A stretch of 64,000 bases of DNA, from the NCBI RefSeq assembly GCF_000315625.1, contig NW_005434654.1, positions 494,632-558,631 of the forward strand. Reading direction: 5' to 3'. Of the stretch, positions 48,001-62,199 are shown in pieces (the stretch's first letter is position 1; the number at the start of each line of letters is the position of its first letter). This DNA comes from Guillardia theta CCMP2712 (taxonomy: Eukaryota > Protista > Cryptophyta). The notes under the pieces were generated by a model. It made no database searches, was not told the origin of the DNA, and worked only from the letters and a program-made list of their open reading frames with translations. The position numbers and the translations under genes were made by a program.

Positions 48001-51000
48001 GGACAAACTCCAATCAGAGGCACAGGAGAGGAGCTGAAGCGTTCCACAGAGACAATGCAGGAAGAGAGATGATAGTGGAGAGCAGGAGCAGGAGTATGGG
48101 CGGGTGCAGGAGCAGGAGCAAGAGGATCAGGATCAGGAGCAAGAACAAGGAAGGGCAGGAGAAGGAGAAGGAGAAGGAGAAGGAGAAGGAGAAGGAGAAG
48201 GAGAAGGAGAAGGAGAAGGAGAAGGAGCAGCAGGAGTATGTGTATGTAACCTGAGCAAGCTCTGTCATCTTGCTAGAATCCTTCAGGTCGAGGTCGGCTT
48301 CCCCCATGGCGATGTAGATCGAGGTGTTCTTCTTGTCCTCGCTCTGCACTTCGTTCCGGGCGATGACCTCCTGCCGCAGGTTGCAGACGCTCTCGAAGAC
48401 CGTCTCTCTCTCTGTCTTGTGGAAGACGAGGAGGCAGCCCAGCCCGTCCGACGTGAAGATCTCGATGCCCACAGGTCGCAGGAGGTACTTGCGACGCTGG
48501 ATGTCCCGGATGTCCATGAAGCTCCACCGATGTACCATGATGCTCTCAGCAAACCCGTGGTTAGGAGCATCGCCCGGCTCCTCCCCGCCCTCCTTCCGCT
48601 CGCTGCCGTTGAACATGGAGACCTCGCCCGTCGGGGAGACGTTGCAGTGGTCGAACACATAGATGTGGATGGAGCAGACCAGCAGAACACCAGGGACGGG
48701 GACGCCAGAGGAGAGCCTGATGCAGTTGAAGACGGACAGGATGGTGTCTCCACCCTCCAGGAGCCACAGGAATTTCTCGTGATCGATGAGGTTCGAGTCG
48801 CTCGAAGGGACCCCGTCGCTCGAGTCAGCCCCGAGCAGCTTCGAGAAGTCACCGCTGATGAGGTGCGACATGATTCCCCCATGGTTCCGACGAGGCACGG
48901 CCTCGCACCGCAGCTTCGCTGTGATCGGGTCCGGCTCCAACTTCTCCTCCTTGGACTCCCACTTCCCCGACTTGACTGTCGTCTCCTTCCTGAACCTCTC
49001 CCGGACGGGCCTGTAGAGGTTTTGCTCTTCATCCATAGCATACCTGGGGTTGTTCATCTCCAGCACGTCTACTTCCAGCCTCCTCCTCATCCTTTGAGGC
49101 CCTTCGGTCTGATCCAACCTCCACCACGGCGACCTCTTCCTTTGCGTGACGATCGCATCCTTCCTCAGGCGACCAGTCGAAGGCTGAGCATCCGCTCTTG
49201 CAGCTCCAATATTCCAGGTGACCACTGAAGGAAGGTGACTGAAACTGACTCTGCTCGCAGGAGATCTCCTGAAGCCCAAAGTCAGCCGAGATTTCGCCAC
49301 CTCCTCAAGCGCTTGAATCGCTTCCAACTCTGCTAGTGAGCCCTCCAGAGAGCAGTAGGAGTGACCGAAAGTCCCGCACTCTCCCAGCAGCTCCTGCTTC
49401 TCATTCTGCCATCCTTGCATGGTGTGGGCCGACTGGCTCTCAAGGTTCTGGAGCTGACTCCGCATCCTCATGAACCATTGCTTCAGCGCCTGCTCCCTCG
49501 CTGAAGTGCCAGCGTCAAACAACTTGGACAGGATCTCCTTGCCTTCCTTCAGCTGCTTCCTCCTCTTGTTCGACCTTTCGATCTTGTTCTTGTACTGCTT
49601 CTTGTGCACTTCCGCATGATACTTCTGCTCTCCCGTCAGGTTTTGGGAGCGATACTTGTTTGCATTGTCATTGATGATCGTCAAGACCTGAAAGAAACGA
49701 GAGGACTTGTCTTGCGCAGACAAGCTGATTGCAGCCTTCTCGACCGGAGAGGGTTGGAGGAACAACCACGACTCGAACTTGGCGACGTTTTCAGCCGGCA
49801 GTTTCTCTGTCGTGTCTGTAACCTCGTCGACTTGTGTCCTGAGGAAGACGAAACCTTCAGAGGCCAACGATTTCACAACACCAGAGCCATCGACGTAGGA
49901 CAACAGGCTGCCTAACGAGCTTCTCCTCACGCTCAGGAAGTGCGACCAGATGCGGAAGGCGTTGTGCCTCACCGATGTGTTGGGGTCAGCGAAGAGAGGA
50001 AACAGCAGCTGGCAGGTCAGGAAGACAATGATAGAGTCGTTATTGGAACTTCCGTAGATAACGTTCCTTTGCTCGACGATCGCATTCAGCAAACTTATCA
50101 GCTTCTCCGACGAAGTCTTGAGCCGTGAGAGCAAGTGGAGGACCAGCCTGTTGAGCTCCTTGTACAAGGGCGAGATGAACTTGTTCAGGATCAGCCAGGT
50201 CTCTTGCTGTGAAGTCTTCTCAAACTCCAGGATGCGTCGGATGAGGCTCGTGAGGAATTGGAAGACCTCCCAGTGCGAGATGTCATACATGTCTGCACAG
50301 ACATGGTCTACAACGAACTCAGTGAAAGTGAGAACACGCTTCATCAGGTCAGCTCCTCCCCCGCTGACCTCGTTCTGACTGAAGTACAACAAACCGCACA
50401 TGCGGGAGAGGAGGGCTCCTCCGAAGCATCGCTCGCTCGGCTCCGACGCTGAGACCGGGATCGACTCCAGCGCTGTCTGGATACAGAGGGCACCACCTGC
50501 CTGACCTCGGATCGAACCTTCTAGGAAGCGGCAGAACATCTGGAACAGCATCTCTCCAGCTGGGGTGTAAAAGTTGATGATCCCCCCAGCAGTCGCTGAT
50601 GATCCGGGAAGCACCGGCTGGTACTCCAGCTCGCTCGCTCCGTGATCTTCCGCGTCTACGAAGTCATCCTCCATCACACCTCCCAGGTCCTCCCATCCCT
50701 CCTCCATCGTCCCCGCGTTGTTGTCGGAGGCCGAGCTGACCCTGTTGAGCGCCTGCTCCTTCTCCGGCGAGCGTATCCTCAAGAAGCTTCCCAGCCGCTT
50801 GATGACCTTGCCTGTCACACGGGAGACGGCTCCCCCAACACCCTTGAGATCTTCTTCGACGGTTTGGTCGTCGTCTTGCAAGAAGAAGCTACGAGTCATG
50901 CTCTCTAAGGTGTCTTCCGAGTTCCTCATGTCGGCAAACGACGGGCAATGATCGTTGAGGTACATCAACGCCTGGATGGTGTCACAGTTGATGCGTGAAA

Positions 51001-54000
51001 TCTCTTCCAGACTCCTCTCGCTCATTTCCACTTCCCCAGTACAGGATTGTTTTGCGGCTTCCGCTTCGGTAGAGTCCACTGAGACTTCACCACTCAAGAC
51101 GCTCTCGATCAGATCATCGACAATCCCAAGCACGAGGTCGATGCTCGACTCAAACTCCATCTCTGAGCGAGCAGCTGGCTTGGACGGGGAGCGCTCGAAC
51201 GATCTGTCATCCGCATTGTTTGAACGGAAAATGTAACTGGACCCATCATACTCCGAGGTCCTCTCCAGCTCAAGCTTCATGTTCTTGTTGAGGAGATGCA
51301 GCAGGATGTCGAAGGCCTCCGGCACTACAATGAGGGTCAAGTCGAACCTCGAGAAACAAGACGTCAAGTTGGCTGCGCTGTAGTCTGCGTCGCACCAGAA
51401 GGACCGGCTCGTCGACTCATTTGCAAACATGAGCTGCATCAGTGCGCTGTAAATCTCCGGAAATTGATAGAATTTCGATAGAGAGTCCTTGACCAGGGCG
51501 AAGAAGAAAGATGCTCGGAACTTCTTGCAATAGAACTCGTTTCTCCCCATCATGACTATCAGTATCTGGAGAGTATCATCAGAAGAGGAGCAAGATGATC
51601 AAGAGGTCTTACCTTGAGCAGGGCAAGAACGCTACTTCTCTTCCTGCTCTGCTGGAACAACAAAGCAAACCACATCGGCTTCAACACGGTGCAAAAAACG
51701 TTCAACTGCTCCTGTTCGAGCTCGTTGGTAAGTCTCAAGAGCATCTGGATCAACGTGTCTGACAGCTCGCAAAGCTGAGCGAACCCGCCTGACTGTGAAG
51801 AATCCGGTCTTCCTTCGCTGGACTTGGATATGACGATAAGCTGAGCCACCAGGTTCAAATCTGCGATCGTAGCCGGCTGCATGCTCTTGAAGTATCCTTC
51901 GAGAACCGAAACAACACACTTGACGGTGTCACAATCGTTGTTGGTCTGTGAGAGGTAGGAGCAGAGAAACGGGACGAGGTCGATGCTCTGAAACAACATG
52001 GCGTTGCACTTCCTCCTCGAGTTGTTCTCGAAAAGATTCTTAAGCTCCTCAAAGACTCGAGCAGAGCAGCGACGGTCCGCCTTCCTCCACAAGCGGTAAT
52101 CAAGGATGAGATGCTTGCAGACCTCTGCGTTGGCGAGGATCCTGTCGCTTGTTCCGATCATCCCTGCAAGACACAAGAGCTCTGACACGATCTCCTCGGT
52201 CAAGAGGTGGGCATTCCGTTGCAAGAAATGGCTCAGCACAGCATAGCCCTTGATCCGTAGCATGTCGAGCAGGTTCGCGATGTTGGACCATAAGACGTTG
52301 GTGATGAGCTGGAGGAGTCGCAGCAAGTCGTTGGAGGTCGTCACTGTCTCGACAAGGGCCACGACTACTCCGATGCCTCCGATGGAGCGGAGAGAGTCCG
52401 CAATGGACAAGGAAGTCACGACGGACGCGTCTCCCCGCAGCCAGCCCCCCTTCATGTTGGGTCTGATCATGTTGCGAACCACGTCTGAGCTCTGAGATGT
52501 CGTGAATGCCTCGCGTGCCCCTTCCAGAGAGAATTCGTCGACGTCTCCGTCGCAGAGCAGACTAGCAAAGATGAGCTTGTCGATGGGCAACTTGCAAGAC
52601 CGCAGACTCTGCGTGAACACCTTGCATGAATCTCCTACGGAAGCGACAGAATATCTCCAGGCAGTGAGCATAGAAGTTGAAACATCGCCTTCAGGGACGT
52701 CCGACTGATACAACCCCTGGTAAGAAACTCCCCATCGATACATCGACTGTATAACGTCGGGAAGTATCGGCTCCTCGATGATCATCACTCCCTTCATGAA
52801 CCACTCTGTCAAACAAGGCGGCTCCGGGTTGGAGTTGTTCGGCATTCCCAAGAAAAGAGTGAGATCCGCAGACGAGTTTGACGTCAGCAGCTCCATCACC
52901 GAAGATTGTCTACCTGACTTCAACTTCCCATCGTCCCGAAGTTGACCGTTCACGAACAAGGACGCGACGCTCGACTGAAGCTTGTGATACTCGTGAACGA
53001 TGACGACGTGATACCATTTCTTCTCCAGAAATCGAAAGTTGTCGAAGCAAATCTCATCCGTTCCTCCGACCTCTATCGACATACAGCTAGCCTTGTGCTT
53101 GTTGACGAGCACTGAAATACAGTGCATGCGCGAAGTTCGCTTGATCTTTGCGCTGATATGCATAACATTGAGCACTCCTTTGCCTTGTTTTTCTATTCGG
53201 ATCCAGAAAGCCAGCGCAAAACCAGCTGACGGTGGCCAGGATATGTCGGCTGAGATCGGGATCTCAGCGCTGGCAAACCCATCGATCTCCATGGAGAATC
53301 GCAACAAAGAGGAGGAGACCATGTTCTTGGACATCTCCACGAGGACGGGAAACAAACGACTTCTTACATGCTCGTTGGACTCCTGGCTCAACGAGAAGAG
53401 TCGCCGAGCATCGTTGGGGTGCACGTAGACCGATCCCAAGACAGCGATGAGGTTCATAAGCACGTCGAGCGCCGTTTCGTCCTTGCTCATCCATTCGTGC
53501 GCAATCTTCAGAGAGTGCTTGATTGCTCCCTTCTGCACCAAGGCCTGCAAATCGTGATCAGCAGGTGCAACAGAGCTAGATATCATCAGCGTCGACCTGA
53601 GCGTTCTCCGGGCGAGCAGAAGCAATCGCCGAGATAACTTCGAGCATCATACGCGAATCCTCCTCGCTCATCATTTCACACAGGCGGATCAGAAACACAA
53701 GCGGCTCTGGTTTCCACTGCATCGCGCGGATGCTTTCCTTCTGGTTCGAGATGGAGTTGTCTGAAGAGAACAACACGCACATGGCTCTGCCGCACGCCAT
53801 GCCCAGGATGCTCTGCAATGGTCGTTCGAGCAGTCGGCTGTCAAAGATTCCTGTCTCGACCAAGATCTCGAGAAGGTTCTCGCTTCCAATGTGCCTCCAC
53901 AAGTACTTGTAGTTCTCCTCGTTGTCGTAGGAACTCACCCCCAGAAGGGAGAAGGCTTCTCCGACAAGCTTCACGAAGTGCATGATTCTCTCATCGCTCA

Positions 54001-56342
54001 ACTTGTTTGCCACCTTGTTGGACTCCAGGAAGATTCCTTTCAGATCCGCCAAGATTAAAATCACGATCGAGAACCCATCGTACAACCGGAACGACGACTT
54101 GGCCACTTGGCTCTGTTCGACCATGACGACAAAGGATTCTAAAACGTCAGCGGTCAGGAGCTCCCTCACACAAAGATCTCCGCTATAGCTCTGTAGCGCT
54201 TCGCACATGCCGGCGATGCAAGCTTCGACATCATCAGAGTCTCCACTCGCTGAGATCTGGCACAGCAGGTTGAGAATGGCTTGATGCAAGCCTTGAACCC
54301 ACATCCACTGCAAGAAACAAGCCAAGCATCGACTTCGGATGACCTGGCAGTTCGTTCTATTTCCTCTACACATCATCTGCAGTGCCTCAATCAACATGGC
54401 ATTCACTGCTTTGTCTTGCACATTGTGATCTTGACTCTGAGAGTAGACCTCAAGCATGTTATGAATGAGAGCGTTCAGCAGACCGATGTCACGCAACAAA
54501 TCTCTGTAAGCGTTGTCACTGGACGCAATCTCATAGACAGCTTTATAAAGCACCAACTGTAACAGTAAGAGTCAACCTTTCCTGTTTCCCTCTCAACACA
54601 CACATACCTTGGTATCACTTGCTAGCGTTTTCCCTATCAGTCTTGTTAAAGATCCAAGCTCCTTGAGGGGCTTTTTGCTCGAGTGTGCAAGAAAATTGAT
54701 AATGCTCATTGTAGATTCGGTGAAGTCAACAGGATATTGGTCGAGTGATTCAATGATATTCGAAATGGCCTTTGTTTTGGCGTCTGAGGAGTACAAAGCA
54801 GCGCTCAAGAGTTCATAATCCCCTTCTTGTGAGGTATAAATGTAGATAAGAGCATCCATCACTTCAGTTTGCACAGATTTGCATGTAGACGACATGAAGG
54901 CTTGTACCAACGCGTCCAATGAGCATGTTCGCACCAACCTGAAACTGCCAGTCGAAGAAAAGCTTGTGTTTGAATCCCTCGCACGTCCCTCGGGGTCCAC
55001 CGAATTGCTTCTTCTGGAATCTTCGATTGAAATGATCACTATGGATCTAAGAAGCTTCACTGTTTTTTTCAGCATCGGTTCATCATCTGGTTTCAGACTG
55101 CAATATTGTGAGTGGACAGAATAAGAGGAAATGCCAGTTACCCGTCGAAAGACAGAATCAGCTCTTTCATCACATCATTCCCTTTGGCAGCCTCAAAGTC
55201 CTCCACGATTTTAACTGAGACAAACGTGAACAAGGGAAAGGACACAAAGGAGGACAATACCTGAGAATAATGTGGATGTCTTGGCATAACCTATAATCAC
55301 CTCCATTGTCTTCATGGCATCGGCGAGACTTAAAGTTTCCGGGTACAGTTTGCGGACACGGTTCACATATCGTCCTACACTTCCGTAAGCCTGGACAAAA
55401 CATATGTTACGCAAGAGCCTCTGAGTCTTGAGGAAACACCTGCAGGTACTTGGCAATCGCTTCCCAGCAAACATCGCTGTACAGCAGCACACGGATGATA
55501 TTCAGTGCGTTCTCTCGAAGTCTGCAAAATCTTGAGTCTTGTCCAGGGACTGTGGCCATGTCGAAAAGAAGAGAGATTGTCTCCTTGCCACTGCTCACAT
55601 TCGAAATCTTATCTGCAACTTCCGGCAAGCTGATCAGCCTCTCCACAATATCCCAAACTTGCGGGTAGTCGAGAGTAGCGCAATCAGGACACACAGGATC
55701 TAGCGACTGCTCAGAGTCCTCTTCCTTCTCCGGCATTTGTCCTGCTCCTTGCAGTCTGTCGCTCAGCACCTGCACGATGGATTCGATGAGCTCCATCTCG
55801 ATGAAGGTGTTCACGTCCCTTGCGTTCCAGTTCAATCGCAGTAGACATTCCAGCAGCTTGCACAAGGGAATCCTCAATCTGGCCTCGTCAGTGTCAGCAG
55901 ATTCGTCATTAGTTGCTCCTTGATCTGTCTGCAGCTGCCATTCAAGTCTCTCTAGCTCCTGCTTGACTCGGGCAGATACTTCGAGGACGAAACCACAGTT
56001 CTCCCCGAGCACGTTGTCGATCGAGACGTTTCCCTCCAATCCCAGCGAGTCATACCACGAATCAAACGAGATAATAACCAGATTGAACAGGTGGGGATCT
56101 CTTTGCTCTCCCGCACCTGCTCTATATCTATTCCAGCACACTCGAAATTCATTGAGGGTGGAAGAGTCTCGGTATGAGAAGGACCCTTGGTCGCTACTCT
56201 CCTTCGACCCGGACGCGGACTTGCCTCTGCCATCTCCACCCGACACGGAGTCAGTGATAATCCCACGGATTGCAGAGGTCCCTTCCTTCAGCAGCTCCAC
56301 GCCCTTGCCGAGTTTTCCTTTCAATCCTTTGAGCGCATTCAT
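45076..56342 (-). CDS. Giant BEACH-domain protein (ARM/ConA-like, PH, BEACH, WD40, C-terminal PX); WDFY3/LvsA-like
   Basis: BEACH [36 protein letters not shown]...HYATHYSS...LIPEFY...WIDLIFGYRQRG...NFGQTPTQLF; LDQTEGPQRMRRRL; PH RRKYLLRPVGIEIF; ConA-like KWYHVVIVH; WD40 repeats. All traced introns are GT-AG. Confidence 0.95.
48158..48225. repeat. Intronic (GAGAAG)n hexamer repeat
   Basis: Directly visible in a BEACH-gene intron. Confidence 0.95.
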
Positions 56343-57401
56343 AGTTTAGTCGCTGTCACACAGACCAACTCCACGTCATCCTCGGTCAAGCATGCCGCCG
56401 ACAAGACGCGTTTAATCCTGACGCTGCATGCATGCTCTTCTCCTGTGCTCACGATCTCCTCCCTCCTCTTCCCCTCCCTCGTTGGGTTTGTGAGGAAGCG
56501 CTAACATTGGCGGCAGAAGTGGAGGAGCAGCGTCCTATAGCAAACGAGTCTGCCTCAGTATGATTCAACCCCGGGGCAGAAGACAGAACAGCCGCATCCG
56601 CCTCAGTTTCAAAGTTTGTGCCGCACCACATTCAGTGACTGATGACAGGAGGCTGCCTAGTAGACTGTCACCTGGGCCCGATATCACCGTGCACGGCATG
56701 GTGCCACTAGGCTGAGGCCCGGTTGCGGGTCCGATCATGATGGCCCAGTGGCATGCTTTTTTCTTGTCGCTGTACAGATCAGTGTCTGACGAGAACCAGG
56801 TCCACTCCGAGTCCGTCCCGGCGCCCGGCCGCACCGTGGCACTGCAGCCTGTGATTAGTGTTCTCGTCACTGACGTACGGTGCCGTGAGTTTTAACTTAA
56901 CCTTGAGTAAATGCAAAGCCCCCGGCCCGCGGGGGCCCGGGCACTGTTGGCTCAGAATCGCCGCCGCCGCGCCGGGTGCCAGGGGCCCGGGCCGGGTGCC
57001 ACCCCGGGTGGTCACGTCATGATTCAGCGCGGCAGTGGGCAGCTGAGATCCCATAGGGCAGCGTTACTACTGTTTGAGCTCTGCCCCAACTCAGTTATCC
57101 GAGTTATCCACCCTTCAGGAAACTGAGGGGTAGTATAGGGTCATGAGAAGGGTGGTGCCGGGGGTACAGTAAGGTTTTAAAAAGTTTGTTGTGGCTGCGG
57201 TTGGAAATGGCGACGAGGGTGATGGCGAATGTCTGCCCCGTGCGCGATTGAACCGCAATAATGCACTGAGATCAAGTTCACATGCCTGTCTGACGGGATA
57301 CACAAAGACTGCCCGTACGGTCATCTTCAACCAATCCATCTGTGACAACAAATTAGGAATCAGGTTCAGCTGAGTTTTGTTTGGACATGAGATCAGAAAC
57401 A

Positions 57402-60400
57402 ATGGATGGAAACGACGATGACGAAGAATCATCAGTGTATGATACTTGGGCAGATAGGCGAAAGGATACAAAAGACAGAGCTGAGAAAGCGATGCAAATG
57501 CTTGCCAATCCTCCGGATGAAAACATAGAATGCTCGTCTGAGTCATGGAATCGTCTAGGTCTGAATTCGTCTTCTCATGAGATCAAGAGAATGTTTAGCG
57601 TCATGAAGCATGTGGGACCAGACATCGATTCCGGTTGGGATCTCAAGACTGTTCCTGAGAAGGAATCCGAAGATCCGATGTCAAGATTGAAACATAAGAG
57701 CTTTTTAGCTCAGAATGAGAATACCTTCATTGCTTTCAAATGGGTCTTGCAAGCGTTGCTGAAAAAGCAAGTCAAGGTGAATGGTGGATGTGATGTCCGG
57801 ACCGCCGACGTCTTGTTCTTCGAGGGTGGGGAGCCGAAGAAATGGATATATACCAAAAACAGCACAGGAAGGATAACATCAAAGACATTTGATTCCTCAA
57901 GAGAAGAAAGTTGGACAAAATTTTTGAGGAGATGCACTCGCCTTTCAGGCAACCAAGCAGAATCGAACAGGCCGATATGTATAGAGTACAAATCTACCGT
58001 GGAAGGAGTGAGCGGGAGGTACATGACAGCTCAAGACTTCCATGAAATGAAGCGAGCAGATTCAGTTAACAAGTTCCACATGGTTGCAATCCAAGCTGTA
58101 GTTGGATCAAGGTCAGGCACAGCTGGTAAACCCTCATCTCAAGTCATTGTGTACAAGACTGAGTTCCAAAAACGGCCGAACAATCTTCCATGCACGCTGA
58201 AGCACACCAAAGAATACGACATCAGCGCTTCTGTCTGGGACACACACATGAGCAACAGCTTTCCGCATACAGAGACGTACAAGCGTGTGACAAGAGATCA
58301 CGATCAATTTCATTCACACATCAAAGACGATAACAAGATTCAGAATACCCAAGAAATCAAGTCACAGTCTTTGAATAGATCGAAATTGAGTGAGACAACG
58401 ATCAGGGTAGTCAAGTACATTGAGAAAGGAATGAAAGTGTCGGTTGATCGTTTCCGGGCACACTTCATTGAAGACTTTCACGGTAGGATTTGGTTTACTG
58501 GCGCATCCAATGTGACGTTGCATGATTCGATGGCTGATTTCTTTGCTGATGAAGAGAGCCCGTCAGAAAACGATTTACAAACCAAGTTGACATCACGAAT
58601 AGACGAAATCATAAAAAGAGAACAATCTCATGGCAGAGCATGTTTAGATGCAATTCAGAAAGATCCTTCGCAAAGAACTCAAGAGGAAAAGCAAGTCATC
58701 TTCTCTGAAATAAGGGGAATCAACTTTCTCTCGCAATTTTCGGTCGCATCGCAGTATGAGGTACGTCTACAAGAATACGTTTGTCAAGAACTGACGGATT
58801 TCTTTGTGAATTTCTTTGCAAACAGATCAGCAAGACGGCCTTGTACAAATATGTTGAGAGTGGAGTTGAAGTTTTCTATAGCGATGAGATTGTCGATGAG
58901 ATGTACGTCATTATCACGGGGACTGTCAGAGCAATGCTTGAACCATCCAGCATTTTCTACTGCAGGACTGTTGACTTGACAGACAAGCATACGATTGCGG
59001 AAAATGCCATAACAAGACCTGGATCTGTAATCAACATTCAAGCTCTAGCTTTGGAGGACACGCATTTGATTGTTTTGAAAAGACAAGCGATCGAAAGCGT
59101 TTTGAACAAGAACACTATTCACAAAGAGCTGAGGTATTTGATTGCGTTGAGAACTTACAATGATCGACTGACCATTTGATTGTTAGATGGACGATGAAAC
59201 GAGCACAGCTCGAAAAATGCCGGAAACTATTCAGCATAGCTGCTGCCAAAAGAAGTATACTTGACCTGAAGGCAGCAGCTAGTGCCTTGGTGAATCTACT
59301 CTTTTTCCAGAACATCCCCTTTCATCTGCAGATTGAGCTTTGTAGGAATGCTATGTACAGATGTTATGACATACAAGGTGAGAATGTATTCAAAAAGAAG
59401 GAAGCCGGCACAGACAACAACCAGTTTTATGTCATTCTGACTGGAAGGGTGAAATGGGTGTATCACAGTGGAAACGGTGAAATAACGAATGTTTTGAGTC
59501 AAGGAGAGTACTTTTTCACGATTGGAGAGGCTGCGGTGATAGGAAATCAGAAACTAGAAGTCATCGTAATTTCTCAAAAGGATTGGGAGACGTGTGTGAA
59601 TGGGAACGCATCTTCCGAAGCATCTCCGAGAATACAGGGGATCCCAGATCGAATTGGGGGCAACAGAACAACATTTTTGACAGAAGTGGAGTTTGAGGAA
59701 GAAGCCGCATCTCAGTATCAATCTCCAAGTGCAGGGCAAGATTATTCCAAGACAAAGACAGATGTTGTTGAGAGAGAAAAGTTTAACATCGCGACAAACA
59801 TTGCAAGACAGAAGGAAAGGCACATCACATGCTCTGTCACGGGTGTGAAGTTTCCTGCATCGAAGAAGCGAGTTCTTCGCCGAAGACAAATACAAGAAGC
59901 AGCCCTGCATCTCAAGTCCAGGAACGTTCAAGTGCCAGGATTCGACAAGGAAAAGACTTTGCAGAAGTCTTCCTCAATCAAGAACAGACTTTTTCCTGAC
60001 AACCTGATAGTTTCGCCTCAAGTTTATGACATCTATCTTTTCGAGAGAAACTTGATAGATCAAGAGAAGATCTTTGTCAGATCTATATCAGACTCTTCCA
60101 TCCCTGCTATGAGCGAACGCAAATTGCCTCCGGGGGGCATCAACATCTTGACAACGCACCTCTACTTGAGCGGGATGTTCATAGAACTTGTACAGATAGA
60201 TTCATGTTCGTCTCTCTCATTCTTTGGCAAGAAGTTTGAAATCAGATTCAAACTTCTCGATGAAGACGTCAGCACGTCCTTTGATCTGAGCGAAGAATCA
60301 GATGGTTTGCACGAAAACGCGAGGAGGCTTGACGAAGTCAGGATGTCGTGGTTCTTTGCAGCAGACGAAGGCGTCAATGAGTACCTCGCGAAGAGGTCCA

Positions 60401-61602
60401 AGCTTGTGTTCGATTTCTACTGTGATGACGAATGTGTAGCCTTTGCAACTTGCTCTCTGAAAGACCTTGCATCTCGAGCCGTCTTGCATCAAAATTTTCA
60501 AATTCATGTGGAGCCCTTGCACAAGAACCTGGCTTCAACTCTAGCGTTGCAGTTCGTCGTGCTGCATGTCAACGTGGGGTGTGTCAAGTTCCGGGAAGTG
60601 GAGGTGAAGGACTTTCACTTGAGAAGAAGGAATGGACTCTTCTTCCCATCTTCTCCTTACATAACGCAAAAGCTCCCTCCTGAAGGTTGGGACCCTTGCA
60701 ATGAGGAATACTTCTACTCTTTGATGCATCGCAAGGAGGACTTTGAAGATGAAGCCTTTCTGTGTCCCAATGGAGTGCTAATGTCGCGCACGGGCCCTCG
60801 TGACAACCGGATGTTGCTGACGTCAGCTTCTCGCATCCCAAGGAAGAATCCCTCGAGGCAGATCAAGTCAGCTGAACCTTGGAGGCGTCATCCCCTCCCT
60901 ACAACTCGCCCTTGGAGTGCTCCGCTTCGCATACCTAGAAACAATGCGACAAGAACGCCACCAAGTTTGAAGTCACATGATGGAAAAGCTTCTAGAAAAA
61001 AGCATCTCGAGCGATCCAGTGAAGTTCGGGACCATGCACCGAAGCCGAGGCGTCCGGTCAGTTCGATGGAGATGAGAAGCAGATCAGACGACTATGCGCA
61101 TGAGCGTGAAGACGCGAGGAGAGGGCGGCCCAAATCCTCGATCGGCTTCTCACGGGCAGAGCAGCCCGGGAAACATGCCAAGAGCTCGCGAATGTCGATG
61201 ATTAGAGAGTTACAGTCGGAGATGGACGCCATCGATCGTGACCTTGGCTCCACCGTCCATCGCCCTCACAGTGCGTTTTCAACCCTTCCGCCTAGGAAGC
61301 CGCACGATGAGATCGACTCTTCGTCGGCCTTGACTCTGCTCACAAGACCCAAGAGCGCTCTCGAGGCTGTTGGCTCGAGAAGTCTCCGGGACTTCGACAA
61401 GGACACGCTCTTGACAGCTCTCAACAAGACCTCCAAGCTCTCCCAGATAGCAACCCGCAAGAACAAGGCGTCTGAAGACCTGTTCTCTGCCATTGAAGCT
61501 GCCCATGACATGTGGAGGAACACACTGACCAAACTGGACTATCTGGATGAGGACTTGGAGCATCTTGATGTACGCACCAAAATCGTTTCAACCAACGACT
61601 AG
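57402..61602 (+). CDS. Large protein with two cyclic-nucleotide-binding-like domains
   Basis: FLSQFS...VEVFYSDEIVDEMYVIITGTV and FFQNIPFHLQIELCRNAMY...QFYVILTGRV...LSQGEYF; two short introns (~58.76 and ~59.13 kb); RPxSA-rich tail. Confidence 0.75.
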
Positions 61603-61652
61603 ATCAACGTATCTCTATTCTTTCTTACATAAACGGTTTTCCACAGACATGC

Positions 61653-62071
61653 TCAGTTGTACGGATTACAGGGTCCCTTCAAGGGGTTGATCTAGGAGCT
61701 TGTCACAGCACAACCCAAACAAGGAGAGAATAGCTCGACCTGCTTCACTTCGCACTCAGACCCCGCCATCGACGTCCCATTGCCTGTAGCCCCCTGCGAC
61801 CACCGACCGACCTGCTGGTACTCCGGAGTGCTGGCAACCAGTCAGCATTCAACCGCATGCTGCAGGAGCTCTCACGTCTCACGGTAGTCGTTGAGACTGT
61901 CGTCCATATCGGACGACGTCGGAAAGAACACAGAGCTGAGGAGAGCGAACTGACCCTCAAGTGAGCGCGAGCCACTACTCCCTCTTCCAGAGTCCCCTTC
62001 CTCCCCTCTCATGCCCTCTCCTCCTGCTCCATCCTCCTCCTCTTCGCTCTCCACTCCCCTCACCTCACCAT
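61653..62071 (-). CDS. Small multi-exon hypothetical protein
   Basis: Spliced ...SDMDDSLNDYRET|TPEYQQVGRWSQGATGNGTSMAGSECEVKQ|INPLKGPCNPYN* using GT-AG introns. Confidence 0.5.
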
Positions 62072-62199
62072 TTCGTCGGCTGCCGGTCGCCCGGATATAG
62101 ATTGAGCAGTGAGCACTCAAAAATTCCGAAGCCTTCATTATTGTGTCCCGTAGAGGGAACATTCTTGTGTTCTTCTGATAGAACAAATCCGGGTGCTGC

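Noticed and set aside
47210-49228. Long plus-strand ORFs (275 and 374 aa) opposite the BEACH gene, and 9103-10209 opposite the channel
   Set aside because: Antisense shadows of GC-rich coding sequence with no domain signal.
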